A stretch of 51,901 nucleotides of DNA from an uncultured Erysipelotrichaceae bacterium (GTDB lineage Bacteria > Bacillota_I > Bacilli_A > RF39 > UBA660). Shown piece by piece: positions 16,425-25,146 of the stretch. How positions within the stretch are numbered: the first letter of the stretch is position 1; the number at the start of each line of letters is the position of its first letter. The translations under genes were made by a program, and so were the position numbers. Under the pieces are notes generated by a model. It made no database searches. It was not told the DNA's origin and saw only the letters and a program-made list of their open reading frames with translations. The stretch spans positions 1 to 51,901 of the forward strand of contig CACXGX010000026.1 in NCBI GenBank assembly GCA_902767365.1, given 5' to 3'.

Positions 16425-17898
16425 GAATAATAATTTTATACCAAAATTAGAAACAAATAATTTTTTTATAGGAAGTTTTGATGCATATTTAGATACTACA
16501 AAACAATTAATTATGAATAATTCATATTTAACTAGTGAAGAGGCAGATGAAATATTAAAAGGAATGCCTACTACTTATAGGGCTGCAATTACCACTAAAG
16601 ATGGAAATTATATTGGATATATAGGTTTATATAAAGTTGATGCAAAAAATGATACAGCATCTATAAGATTTGAAGTAAATGAAGAATTAAATGAAAATGA
16701 AAGATGTGAAATATTTGATGAATTTAATAAATATATACATGATTCATTAAATATAACAGAAATACAAGAAAATACTTATAAAACTAAAAATATAACAGAA
16801 GTAGAAAAGAAAGAAATTGTACCAAGTAGTAATATTATAATAACAAATGAATTTTTAGTACCAGGAATTAGTGATGAGGATTTAGAAAAATTTTCACAAG
16901 ACTATTCTATTCCAAAGCTACAAATGCCTTTTACAATTAAAATAAATGATAAAGTTGTTGGTATTATTGGATTAAGTAGTCTTATTTGGTCAAATAAAAG
17001 AGCTAATTTAAATATTTTCTTCGATAAGTCATTAGGAAATGAAATTGCAAATGAATTATCTGGATTTGTTATTGATGATTATATTAATTATGTTCACAAT
17101 TCAAATGTTCATAATGTTACATTATCTGTTAATGGAAGTAATAAAGACATGTTGAATTTATTAAATAGAACAAATATGAATTATTATGGTGCAATTCCAT
17201 ATGGCGCAATTAATGGTAATAATATTGAATCAAATATGATGTTCCAACATATTCCAAGTATGAAAAAAGAAAATGGAATTCTAATTCCTGATAATAAAAT
17301 TATTTCTTCTTCTTTTTTAGATACTGAAAAGAAAGAATTATCAGAAAAAATTGAATTAGGTAATGGCTTTAAAATGATTAGGCCAAGTTCATTAGAAAAA
17401 GAAAATATTGATGTAACTACTGTTTTAGCAGGACATATAAAAGCTATGCAAAATAGAGATAATTTTACAATACCACTTGGTGAAGATAAGTATATTTTAC
17501 AAAAGGGTAATGGAAATTATGGAATATCTAAAGCATTCAATAATTATAGTTATATTGTTTTAGATGACAAAAATAGTTATGCTGGATATGTAAATATTTT
17601 AAGAAGTAATGCTAATGGTAGAAATGTTGAGATTGAAATTGGAATTAATCCTGCATTGCAACATAATGGATTAGGAACATCAGTTATTAATAAGTTCTAT
17701 GATGAGTTATTCTCTATAGGTGTTGCTAGTGTTACTAGTTCTGTATTTGAATTTAATAATCCATCTATTAGATTACATGAAAGAGTAGCTGAATTAAATG
17801 GTATAAGATTAGATTCATATTTTGTTAATGGACAATTTTGGGATATGAATATTTATTCGAAAGTAAATGATAGAATAATTAAAGAATTAAGAAAGTAA
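16420..17898 (+). CDS. multi-domain GNAT (RimJ/RimL-like) N-acetyltransferase
   Basis: Three GNAT-like segments are visible: ..IGYIGLYKVDAKNDTASIRFEV.., ..VVGIIGLSSLIWSNKRANLNIFF..HNVTLSVNGSNKDMLNLL.., and ..AGYVNILRSNANGRNVEIEIGINPALQHNGLGTS..FEFNNPSIRLHERV... The start is set at the ATG at 16420, behind GGAGGGG. The track ORF start at 16366 would read through the promoter. Confidence 0.8.
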   Translation: MMNNNFIPKLETNNFFIGSFDAYLDTTKQLIMNNSYLTSEEADEILKGMPTTYRAAITTKDGNYIGYIGLYKVDAKNDTASIRFEVNEELNENERCEIFDEFNKYIHDSLNITEIQENTYKTKNITEVEKKEIVPSSNIIITNEFLVPGISDEDLEKFSQDYSIPKLQMPFTIKINDKVVGIIGLSSLIWSNKRANLNIFFDKSLGNEIANELSGFVIDDYINYVHNSNVHNVTLSVNGSNKDMLNLLNRTNMNYYGAIPYGAINGNNIESNMMFQHIPSMKKENGILIPDNKIISSSFLDTEKKELSEKIELGNGFKMIRPSSLEKENIDVTTVLAGHIKAMQNRDNFTIPLGEDKYILQKGNGNYGISKAFNNYSYIVLDDKNSYAGYVNILRSNANGRNVEIEIGINPALQHNGLGTSVINKFYDELFSIGVASVTSSVFEFNNPSIRLHERVAELNGIRLDSYFVNGQFWDMNIYSKVNDRIIKELRK

Positions 17899-17917
17899 TG
17901 GAAACATTACTTTTTTT
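17894..17917 (+). terminator. rho-independent terminator after the GNAT gene
   Basis: agtaatg/cattact stem with a GAAA loop and a T7 run. It overlaps the stop codon. Confidence 0.8.
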
Positions 17918-18106
17918 AACAATCATTTTTATACGTGTTGAAAAATGATTTAATACTTTGATTTCATTACAAATTCATTTAAAATATTTTTTATATTATT
18001 TCTTTTTGTAAAATTTACTTTACATTTTATATAAAAATTAAAGTAGTATATTATTGCTTCTTATGTTATACTTTAGTTAAAGTAAGATAGTATAAGGAGA
18101 TGTTTT

Positions 18107-21100
18107 ATGAAAAAAATTACTAAGTCTTTTCTATCATTAGTACTTGTTATAGCAATGGTGACTGTTCATTTTATTACACCAATTAGCACTTTAGCTGCTC
18201 AACTTGTTTCAGTTACTATTGATGTTAATGGTGGTAATGAATTAGAAAACAATGTTATTAATGGAACACCTGGTAGTACACTTTCAGATATATTTGCAGA
18301 ACAAGATGAAAGTTGGATTTTACAATTTTTAAATGTAAGAAAACAAAGAACATATCTATCTGGAGTTGTTGAAGCTGCTACTGGATATCCAATTGATTTA
18401 GAAAATAATCTTATTTATGGCGATACAAATGTTAAATTGATGTGGGGAAATTCAGAATTATATTCTGATAATATTGAAATTGAAGCAGAAGCCCCAAATA
18501 TTGGTGATGTACTTGAGTTACATGAAGAAACTGGTGAGTTTGGAATTGGAATTGAAGTTCAAGATCCTAGTCCTAGGATTGGTGGAGATGGATTAAATTT
18601 CGATGTGTTTGATGTTCCATTCAAAAGTAGATCATTTATGGTACGTGATTGTGACGATCCAATTGAAGAAAATGCGTGTTTAGTACCATTTGAAGGAGAA
18701 ATAGAAGAAGGTAACAAATATTATTTATCATTTTATATATCTATAAATGATAATTATTATATGACAAATGATATTAGAGATGTTTTAACAGTAAATGGTA
18801 ATAGTCCAACTTTATTTGATGATGTTAGAACATATGAAAATGGTGATTTCAAAGGTGCATGGGTAATTGTTGAAATGGATCCAGTTGCAAATCAGTCTGG
18901 AAATCAACCTGGAGATCAACCTCATGTTGAACAATTTGAAGTAGAATTTAATACAGATGGTGGAACAGAAATTGCTTCTGTTACATTAAATGATGGTGAA
19001 AAAGTTCAAAGACCAAATCCAGATCCAGAAAAAGCAAATCATATATTCCTTGGTTGGTTCTTTGATGACCAAAAAACTATAGAATATGATTTTGATGATC
19101 CTGTTCATGAAAATAGAACAATATTTGCTAAGTGGGAAGAAAAAAATATTTCTATTTCATCAAATCCATCATCAGTAAATTTTGGAGAAGTACATGTATC
19201 TCCAGAAGATCATGTTCAAAGAGTAGTTACAATTACTAATGAAGGTAACGTTAAAATTACTCTTGGTGTAAGTAGTCCAACAAGTGATGGTCCATTTGGA
19301 ACTTTATCATTTAATTCTGTTGATTTAGAACCAAATGAGAGTACTGAGGTAACGTTAATTATTAATAAAAACGCAGATAAGGCTAGTGTAGCTGGAGAGT
19401 ATTCTGGAAATTATGTATTTACTGCTACTGAATATGGTAAGGAGGAAAATACAACACTTAATGTTTTAGCAACTGTAACAATGATTGAAGATGCTCCTTT
19501 GACTCATACAGTTACTTTTGATACAGATGGTGGAACAGCAATTGATCCTGTTGTAGTAAACCATGGTGAATCAGTTGTAAGACCACAAATCATTCCAGAA
19601 AAAGAGAATTACGAATTTGATGAATGGTGTTTAGATGAAACTAAAACACAAGTGTATGATTTCTCAAATTCAATTACTGAAGATATAACAATTTATGCAA
19701 GATATACAGAAATTCAACAGGGTAGTAATGATCCTCAAGAATTAGATGTTTCAATAGTACCAAATGCAGTTGATTTTGGAACACTATATATTGGTGCTGA
19801 AGAAGATTTAACGAGAGATGTAACAGTAACAAATCACAGTGACGTTGATGTTGAAGTAGAAATAGATATTCCAACAAATGATGGTCCATTCAACATTCAT
19901 GCAGAAAGTAATACATTTACAGTACCTGCAAAAGGTCAACAAACAATAACATTGTCTGTTGATCATGGAGCAGATAAAGCTAGCGTTGCAGGAACTTATA
20001 ACGGTGAATTTGTATTTAATTATAATGAAGTTGGTGTTCAACTAGGTGATTCAAAAACAGTTGGTGTTACTGTGGTAGTTGCAGAAGAAGAAATAACAAC
20101 ACCAGAGATGGTAACAGTTACATTTGATACGGATGGTGGTACACCAGTTCCACAGGCAGTAACAATAGAAAAAGGAACTGCTGTTCAACAACCAACACAA
20201 AATCCAGAAAAAGATAATTTTGAATTTGATACTTGGTGTGCTGACGAGACTAAGACACAACCATATGATTTTAGTAGTCCTGTAGAAAATGATATTACAT
20301 TATATGCTAGGTATACTGAAATTGTTCAAGGCGGAACTGATCCAGAAGAAGTAAGTATTGTTGTAAATCCAATGAATTTTGATTTTGAAACATTTACCAT
20401 AGGTTCAGAATCTGATATATATAAAACAGCAACAGTTAGAAATGATAGTGACGTAACTGTTGAAGTTACAATATCAAGTCCAACAAATGAAGGACCATTT
20501 AATGCACTTGAAATTGAACCATTTACAATTGCTGCAGGAGAAGAAAAAAATGTATCATTGTTGATTGATCATGGTGCACAAAAAGCAGGTGTAGCTGGAA
20601 TTTATAATGGACAATATGTATTTAGTTATCATGCTATTGGTGAACAAGATAGTGATGAGGTATTAGTTCAAGCAACAGTAACAGTTGCAGGACCTGTTTT
20701 AGAAATAATTGATAATACAAATAATCAAAACTATGATCCAGAAAGTGATGGTGCAGAAACTGGATTAACAATTAAAGTAAGTGGAAATTTAGCTGATTTA
20801 GTTAAAATAGAAGTGGATGGAGTTTTAGTTCCTGAAGGTGCAGTAACTTTAACATCTGGAAGTACAATTGCAACGTTTAGTCCAGATTTCTTAAGTACTC
20901 TAGGTGATGGAGCTCATACAGTTAAATTCTTCTATCAAGATGGTGACGTTGAAGCAACATTTAATATAGGACCTGTAAATAGTCCAGCACCTCTACCAAC
21001 AAATGGAAATAATGAAGAAAGAAATCCTGGTACATTTGATAATATTTATTCATGGATTGAAGTATTAGGAATTTCAGCAATAGTTGCTGCAACTAGTACG

Positions 21101-21127
21101 GTTATATTAAAGAAGAAACATAGTTAA
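18107..21127 (+). CDS. large modular cell-surface protein (Listeria-Bacteroides/Flg_new repeats alternating with Ig-like choice-of-anchor-D/ASH-type domains)
   Basis: Signal peptide MKKITKSFLSLVLVIAMVTVHFITPISTLAA. There are three [VTFDTDGGT...YARYTE] modules, each followed by a ~120-aa domain of the type DFG..VTVTN.S...GPF...ADKASVAGTY. The C-terminus has a hydrophobic helix and a KKKHS tail. Confidence 0.85.
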   Translation: MKKITKSFLSLVLVIAMVTVHFITPISTLAAQLVSVTIDVNGGNELENNVINGTPGSTLSDIFAEQDESWILQFLNVRKQRTYLSGVVEAATGYPIDLENNLIYGDTNVKLMWGNSELYSDNIEIEAEAPNIGDVLELHEETGEFGIGIEVQDPSPRIGGDGLNFDVFDVPFKSRSFMVRDCDDPIEENACLVPFEGEIEEGNKYYLSFYISINDNYYMTNDIRDVLTVNGNSPTLFDDVRTYENGDFKGAWVIVEMDPVANQSGNQPGDQPHVEQFEVEFNTDGGTEIASVTLNDGEKVQRPNPDPEKANHIFLGWFFDDQKTIEYDFDDPVHENRTIFAKWEEKNISISSNPSSVNFGEVHVSPEDHVQRVVTITNEGNVKITLGVSSPTSDGPFGTLSFNSVDLEPNESTEVTLIINKNADKASVAGEYSGNYVFTATEYGKEENTTLNVLATVTMIEDAPLTHTVTFDTDGGTAIDPVVVNHGESVVRPQIIPEKENYEFDEWCLDETKTQVYDFSNSITEDITIYARYTEIQQGSNDPQELDVSIVPNAVDFGTLYIGAEEDLTRDVTVTNHSDVDVEVEIDIPTNDGPFNIHAESNTFTVPAKGQQTITLSVDHGADKASVAGTYNGEFVFNYNEVGVQLGDSKTVGVTVVVAEEEITTPEMVTVTFDTDGGTPVPQAVTIEKGTAVQQPTQNPEKDNFEFDTWCADETKTQPYDFSSPVENDITLYARYTEIVQGGTDPEEVSIVVNPMNFDFETFTIGSESDIYKTATVRNDSDVTVEVTISSPTNEGPFNALEIEPFTIAAGEEKNVSLLIDHGAQKAGVAGIYNGQYVFSYHAIGEQDSDEVLVQATVTVAGPVLEIIDNTNNQNYDPESDGAETGLTIKVSGNLADLVKIEVDGVLVPEGAVTLTSGSTIATFSPDFLSTLGDGAHTVKFFYQDGDVEATFNIGPVNSPAPLPTNGNNEERNPGTFDNIYSWIEVLGISAIVAATSTVILKKKHS
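18932..20690 (+). repeat. three diverged ~0.6-kb in-frame tandem modules inside the surface protein gene
   Basis: Module starts lie near 18932, 19499 and 20105 (FEVEFNTDGGT / TVTFDTDGGT / TVTFDTDGGT). The DNA copies are clearly related but diverged. Confidence 0.8.
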
Positions 21128-21179
21128 TGAAAAGATAGCGGTAATTTATTTATCGCTATATCTTTATTTGGGGTGTTAT

Positions 21180-21554
21180 ATGGCCAAAAAAAATGTAAAA
21201 AAAATATATAAAAAAAAATATAAAGTAAGTAGAGTTAAGATTGTATCTTTAATTATTGTATTACTAATATTATTTCTTTTAATTTATACTTTACTTAGTA
21301 GAAAAGATAATCCAATAGTAGGTAAATGGTCTACAGATAAAGGAACAGTTTATCAGTTTAACAAAGATTATACAGGAAAACTTATATTGGCTATTGGTGA
21401 ATATAATTATAAGTATGAGATTAAAGATGATAAGGTTATAATAGATTTTGAAAGTGAGAAATCGACTGATACTGAATTTATATATAAAATTGAAAATGAA
21501 AATCTTATATTAAAAAATAGTAATGGTACGTTTAATTTTAAAAAAGTTGAATAA
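21180..21554 (+). CDS. small membrane-anchored protein with a lipocalin-like (DUF5640-type) domain
   Basis: A Lys-rich N-terminus and a TM helix (IVSLIIVLLILFLLIYTLL), then GKWSTDKGTVYQFNKDYTG...YKIENENLIL. The ATG at 21180 is preferred. Confidence 0.6.
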   Translation: MAKKNVKKIYKKKYKVSRVKIVSLIIVLLILFLLIYTLLSRKDNPIVGKWSTDKGTVYQFNKDYTGKLILAIGEYNYKYEIKDDKVIIDFESEKSTDTEFIYKIENENLILKNSNGTFNFKKVE

Positions 21555-21584
21555 AGATACTTAATAGTATCTTTTTCTTTTTTT
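21554..21584 (+). terminator. rho-independent terminator
   Basis: aagatact/agtatctt stem with a TAAT loop, followed by T-runs. Confidence 0.75.
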
Positions 21585-21671
21585 ATGGATATTAGAATAT
21601 ATTTAACGTTATAAAACCTATATTTTTCTTGACTTAAAATAATATTAAGGGTATACTTATTAAGTAGGCAC

Positions 21672-21762
21672 GGAGACATACTCAAGAGGCCGAAGAGGCG
21701 CCCCTGCTAAGGGTGTAGGACGGGCAACTGTCGCGAGGGTTCAAATCCCTCTGTCTCCGCCA
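21672..21762 (+). tRNA. tRNA-Ser (anticodon GCU)
   Basis: Acceptor GGAGACA/TGTCTCC, anticodon stem CGCCC/GGGTG with loop CTGCTAA, a long variable arm, T loop GGTTCAAATCC, discriminator G and an encoded CCA. Confidence 0.95.
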
Positions 21763-21773
21763 TATATGAATGA

Positions 21774-21799
21774 AATATCCTTGATGGGTATTTTTTTTT
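21774..21799 (+). terminator. rho-independent terminator after tRNA-Ser
   Basis: aatatcc/gggtatt stem (one G-U pair) followed by a T9 run. Confidence 0.7.
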
Positions 21800-21846
21800 G
21801 ACTATTATATATTATTACTATATAATAACAATCATTGGAGGGCTTT

Positions 21847-22437
21847 ATGGAAGAATTTAAAATTTTAAAAGGTTCTAATGATGCAATAGATATTACAAAT
21901 GGTGAAAACAAATTATCTATATCATATTTTGATGAAAAATTTATTTTTTCATTTTCAGGTTTTGATTCTTCTTTATCTATTAATAAATATTCTTTTGATG
22001 ATAGACCATTGTATTCAATTTTTGAAAAATTTATTTGTTATGTAGTTGGAAGAAAATATATAGATAGAAATGAATATCATCCTCAAGACTTTATAAATAT
22101 GGATGAAAAAACTATTACTTTTCATTGTGATTTTGGTACTGGTAATTCTATTAGATTTAAAATATATGATAATGATTCTATTGATATATCTATCACACAT
22201 GAAGAAAAAAAAGTGGCCCAACCATCAGTTCCTGATCATTTAAAAAATAGTGTCATTATTTATAAAGATTGTGAATATAATAAATATGCTGATGTGATAA
22301 ATGATTTGTATCAAAATTTGTCTACATTGGCTGATAGATTAAATTATAAAGTTAATAGTAGTGATAGAGAACCATCTTTTACAAAGAGAAAATCATTTTT
22401 TGATAAATTAAGAGATAAAAAACACGATAAAAAGTAA
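21847..22437 (+). CDS. hypothetical protein
   Basis: A ~196-aa ORF behind GGAGGG. No motif recognised and no signal peptide. Confidence 0.55.
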   Translation: MEEFKILKGSNDAIDITNGENKLSISYFDEKFIFSFSGFDSSLSINKYSFDDRPLYSIFEKFICYVVGRKYIDRNEYHPQDFINMDEKTITFHCDFGTGNSIRFKIYDNDSIDISITHEEKKVAQPSVPDHLKNSVIIYKDCEYNKYADVINDLYQNLSTLADRLNYKVNSSDREPSFTKRKSFFDKLRDKKHDKK

Positions 22438-22536
22438 TTAACATTATTGTGCTTATCTATAAAAATAAAGTAACGTTTATCTTGAATTAAATTATTATTT
22501 TTTATATAATGTTTTTGTAGAATAGGAAGATCAGGT

Positions 22537-23079
22537 ATGGATAATAAAAAAGATAAAAAGGATAATACTATAAAAAAGAAAATTACTTTGAAGAATATTA
22601 AACCAAAAAAGGCATTTGAAGAAAAAGAAAAAGAATATAAGTCTATGAAAACAAAAAAAATTATTGAATGGACTTTTTTGATTATTTTTATATTAATTTT
22701 ATTTATTTTACTTTGTAATAGAACATTTTTTAAGGATGAATATAGAACAAGTAAAATTAAATTAAATATTCCTATGTTAACATTTTTTGTTAGTGATACT
22801 GGAGAAGAGTTAACTTTGACAACTCTTAGAAAATCTGATTATGTTAAATCATTTTTTGAAGATGAGTTAGAATCCATGACAAGATATAATTGTAATGGTG
22901 GTTATAGTTTCTTTTATGATGAAGATAGTGGTGCTGCTATATATAGTATTAGTGTAACTAAAAAAGGAATATTAAAAACAATTAATGTAAGATATGTAAA
23001 TGGAAACGCTGATTGTTTATGTAATGCTAAAAAGATGCTTAATGCTAAAGAAGTTAAACAATTGTGCGAAAATGAATAA
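22537..23079 (+). CDS. hypothetical membrane-anchored protein
   Basis: A Lys-rich N-terminus, a single TM helix (IIEWTFLIIFILILFILLC), and a Cys-containing ectodomain. Confidence 0.55.
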   Translation: MDNKKDKKDNTIKKKITLKNIKPKKAFEEKEKEYKSMKTKKIIEWTFLIIFILILFILLCNRTFFKDEYRTSKIKLNIPMLTFFVSDTGEELTLTTLRKSDYVKSFFEDELESMTRYNCNGGYSFFYDEDSGAAIYSISVTKKGILKTINVRYVNGNADCLCNAKKMLNAKEVKQLCENE

Positions 23080-23080
23080 T

Positions 23081-23103
23081 AAGAACTAAAGTTCTTTTTT
23101 TTT
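23081..23103 (+). terminator. rho-independent terminator
   Basis: aagaac/gttctt stem with a TAAA loop and a long T-run. Confidence 0.75.
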
Positions 23104-23157
23104 AAGTTTAATAGACCTATTTATTTTTTTATGATATATTATTTTTGGAGGTTTATT

Positions 23158-23493
23158 ATGAGTTTAAAGATTGATAGATTAAATAGTATTTTTGTTAAAG
23201 AAATTAGTAAAATACTTCAAAATGAAATAAAAGATGAAAATATAAAATTTGTTACTGTTACAGGCTGTGAGATAACAAATGATTTAAGTTTTGCTAAAGT
23301 ATATGTTACTATTTTTGATAAAGAAAAGAAGGGTGTAACTTTAAAGGCCTTAGATGGCGCTAAGGGCTTTATTAGATCATTATTAAGTCAAAGAATCGAT
23401 ATAAGGCATACCCCTGAATTAAAGTTTATTTTTGATGAATCAATTGAATATGGGGAAAAAATAGAGAAAATAATAAAAGATTTAAATAAGTAG
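23158..23493 (+). CDS. rbfA: ribosome-binding factor A
   Basis: RLNSIFVKEISKILQNEIKD...VTVTGCEITNDLSFAKVYV...IRHTPELKF. The ATG at 23158 sits behind GGAGG. Confidence 0.9.
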   Translation: MSLKIDRLNSIFVKEISKILQNEIKDENIKFVTVTGCEITNDLSFAKVYVTIFDKEKKGVTLKALDGAKGFIRSLLSQRIDIRHTPELKFIFDESIEYGEKIEKIIKDLNK

Positions 23494-23561
23494 TTTACAT
23501 TAATAATTGTAAAAATATTTGATAACTATTTATTATTTGTTAAAATTGTGCTATATTAAGT

Positions 23562-23735
23562 ATGTCTAATAGAAAAGAGTTTTATAAAACCGACTAAGTA
23601 ACGATACGGGAGTTCGGATCAGAAACTGGTGTTGAAGGCTTACTATAAGCTATATGTAAGAATCCTAAAGGTTTCGTATGGACACCCACCTGCAATAAGC
23701 GGGTTTTATCGTACTCGTTCTTTAGACATTTTTTT
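23562..23735 (+). ncRNA. ssrS: structured ~175-nt RNA, probably 6S RNA
   Basis: An extended -10 (TGCTATATT) lies just upstream. The ends pair over a long interrupted helix: gtctaa/ttagac, agaa/ttct, gagt/actc, ataaaaccg/cgggttttat. An internal apical hairpin is cttac/gtaag, and the element ends in a T7 run. It lies immediately upstream of tcdA. Confidence 0.5.
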
Positions 23736-23757
23736 ATGCAATAAAATGGAGATTTTT

Positions 23758-24438
23758 ATGTTTGATAGATTGAAATTGTTAATAGGGGAAGATTGTTTTA
23801 ATAAAATACAAAATGCTAATATTTTAGTAGTAGGTGTTGGTGGTGTAGGTGGAGAATGTATTATTTCGCTTGTTAGAAGTGGGATAGTTAATATTTCTTT
23901 TATTGATTTTGATGTTGTAACTTTAAGTAATATTAATAGACAGGTTGTTGCTTATAATTCTACAATAGGTATGAAAAAAGTAGATGTCATTGAAAAAATG
24001 GTTAAAGATATAAATCCTTTATGTAATACATTAAAATATGATTTATATTTAGATAATGATAATATTAATGATATTTTTGATAAAACAATATATGACTTTG
24101 TAATAGATTGTTGTGACTCTAAAGAAACTAAAAAAGCTATTATTAAAGAGTGTTTGAATAGAGATATTTCTTTTATTTCTTCTATGGGAACTGGAAACAA
24201 ATTAAATCCTGATGATTTATATATTACTGATATAAGAAAAACAAGTATAGATCCACTTGCTCGTATTATTAGAAAATGGGTAAATGATGAGAAAATAAAA
24301 GGTAAAGTACCTGTTTTGTGCTCTAAAGAAGTACCTATTCATTCTGGAAAAGTTGTGGCGTCTAATTCTTTTGTTCCAAATAGTGCTGGATTGTTAATAA
24401 GTAGTTATGTTATAAAGAAAATTATTGGAAAAATCTAA
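23758..24438 (+). CDS. tcdA: tRNA threonylcarbamoyladenosine dehydratase (ThiF/MoeB-family, YrvM-like)
   Basis: ILVVGVGGVGGE dinucleotide-binding loop, IDFDVVTLSNINRQ, and DCCDS. The ATG at 23758 sits behind GGAG. The track's upstream extension runs through the structured RNA. Confidence 0.85.
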   Translation: MFDRLKLLIGEDCFNKIQNANILVVGVGGVGGECIISLVRSGIVNISFIDFDVVTLSNINRQVVAYNSTIGMKKVDVIEKMVKDINPLCNTLKYDLYLDNDNINDIFDKTIYDFVIDCCDSKETKKAIIKECLNRDISFISSMGTGNKLNPDDLYITDIRKTSIDPLARIIRKWVNDEKIKGKVPVLCSKEVPIHSGKVVASNSFVPNSAGLLISSYVIKKIIGKI

Positions 24439-24485
24439 TAATTTTTTTGTTTTATTATGAAAAAAGTAGTGTTAACATTTTTATG

Positions 24486-24514
24486 TTGACAACTATTGAT
24501 TGATGTTATATACT
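24486..24514 (+). promoter_or_regulatory. sigma-A type promoter of rpsP
   Basis: TTGACA at 24486-24491, a 17-nt spacer, and TATACT at 24509-24514. Confidence 0.6.
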
Positions 24515-24541
24515 TATATTAATTGAAATGGAGGTATTTTT

Positions 24542-24811
24542 ATGGCAGTTAGAATTAGATTAACTAGAATGGGATCAAGAAGTAAACCTGTATATAGAAT
24601 TGTTGCAAGTGATTCTAGAAGACCTAGAGATGGTCAATATATTGAATTAATAGGTACTTATAATCCTTCAATTGATGAAGTTAATGTTAACGAAGAAGTT
24701 GCATTAAAATGGTTAAAATTAGGTGCTCTTCCTACTGATACAGTTAAAAATTTATTTAGTCAAAAAGGTGTTATGGCTAAGTTTAGAAATTCAAAAAAGG
24801 ATAATAAATAG
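24542..24811 (+). CDS. rpsP: 30S ribosomal protein S16
   Basis: [36 protein letters not shown]. Confidence 0.97.
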   Translation: MAVRIRLTRMGSRSKPVYRIVASDSRRPRDGQYIELIGTYNPSIDEVNVNEEVALKWLKLGALPTDTVKNLFSQKGVMAKFRNSKKDNK

Positions 24812-24813
24812 TT

Positions 24814-25062
24814 ATGAATTTAGTTGAATTAACGAAAGAGATTGTTATGGCTCTTGCTAAAGATAAAGAAAGTGTTAGTGTTAAAGAGTTCGAGTCAGAT
24901 GACGATAATACTATTCTTATTGAGGTAATGGTTGCTGAAGAAGATATTGGAAGAATTATTGGTAAAGAAGGAAAAATATCAAATGCAATTAGAACTTTAG
25001 TACAAGCTAGTAGTTATTTAAAAGATAACAAAAGAGTTAAAATTAATATTGATAAATATTAG
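24814..25062 (+). CDS. khpA: KH-domain RNA-binding protein (YlqC/KhpA-like)
   Basis: 82 aa with the KH GxxG loop (IGRIIGKEGKISNAIRTL), in the conserved position after rpsP. Confidence 0.8.
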   Translation: MNLVELTKEIVMALAKDKESVSVKEFESDDDNTILIEVMVAEEDIGRIIGKEGKISNAIRTLVQASSYLKDNKRVKINIDKY

Positions 25063-25082
25063 ACCATTCGGTCTTTTTTTTT
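25061..25082 (+). terminator. rho-independent terminator
   Basis: agacc/ggtct stem followed by a T9 run. It overlaps the khpA stop. Confidence 0.75.
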
Positions 25083-25146
25083 GAATACTTTTATATTTAT
25101 TTGTAAAAAGATAATAATTATAATATAATAAATAATAGGTGATTGT

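Noticed and set aside
15086-20690. Possible CRISPR array or other non-coding tandem repeats.
   Set aside because: The periodic sequences at 15.1-15.95 kb (75-bp units) and 18.9-20.7 kb (~0.6-kb units) are in-frame coding repeats inside long ORFs. There is no repeat-spacer structure and there are no cas genes.
20990-21127. Canonical LPXTG sortase signal on the 1006-aa surface protein.
   Set aside because: No LPXTG, SPKTG or NPQTN motif is present, only NPGTF ahead of the TM helix and KKKHS tail. It is kept as a low-confidence remark inside the surface-protein finding.
21407-21685. 92-aa minus-strand ORF.
   Set aside because: It overlaps the 3' end of the lipocalin-like gene, its terminator and the 5' end of tRNA-Ser.
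10353-21800. Integrated mobile element or genomic island targeting tRNA-Lys or tRNA-Ser.
   Set aside because: I found no integrase, recombinase, transposase or phage genes, and no direct repeat duplicating a tRNA 3' end. The region is accessory-looking, but mobility is unsupported.
23629-23757. N-terminal 43-aa extension of tcdA in the ORF track (start at 23629).
   Set aside because: The extension lies inside the structured RNA and its T-run. The ATG at 23758 has a GGAG SD and begins the conserved MFDR...VVGVGGVGG sequence.
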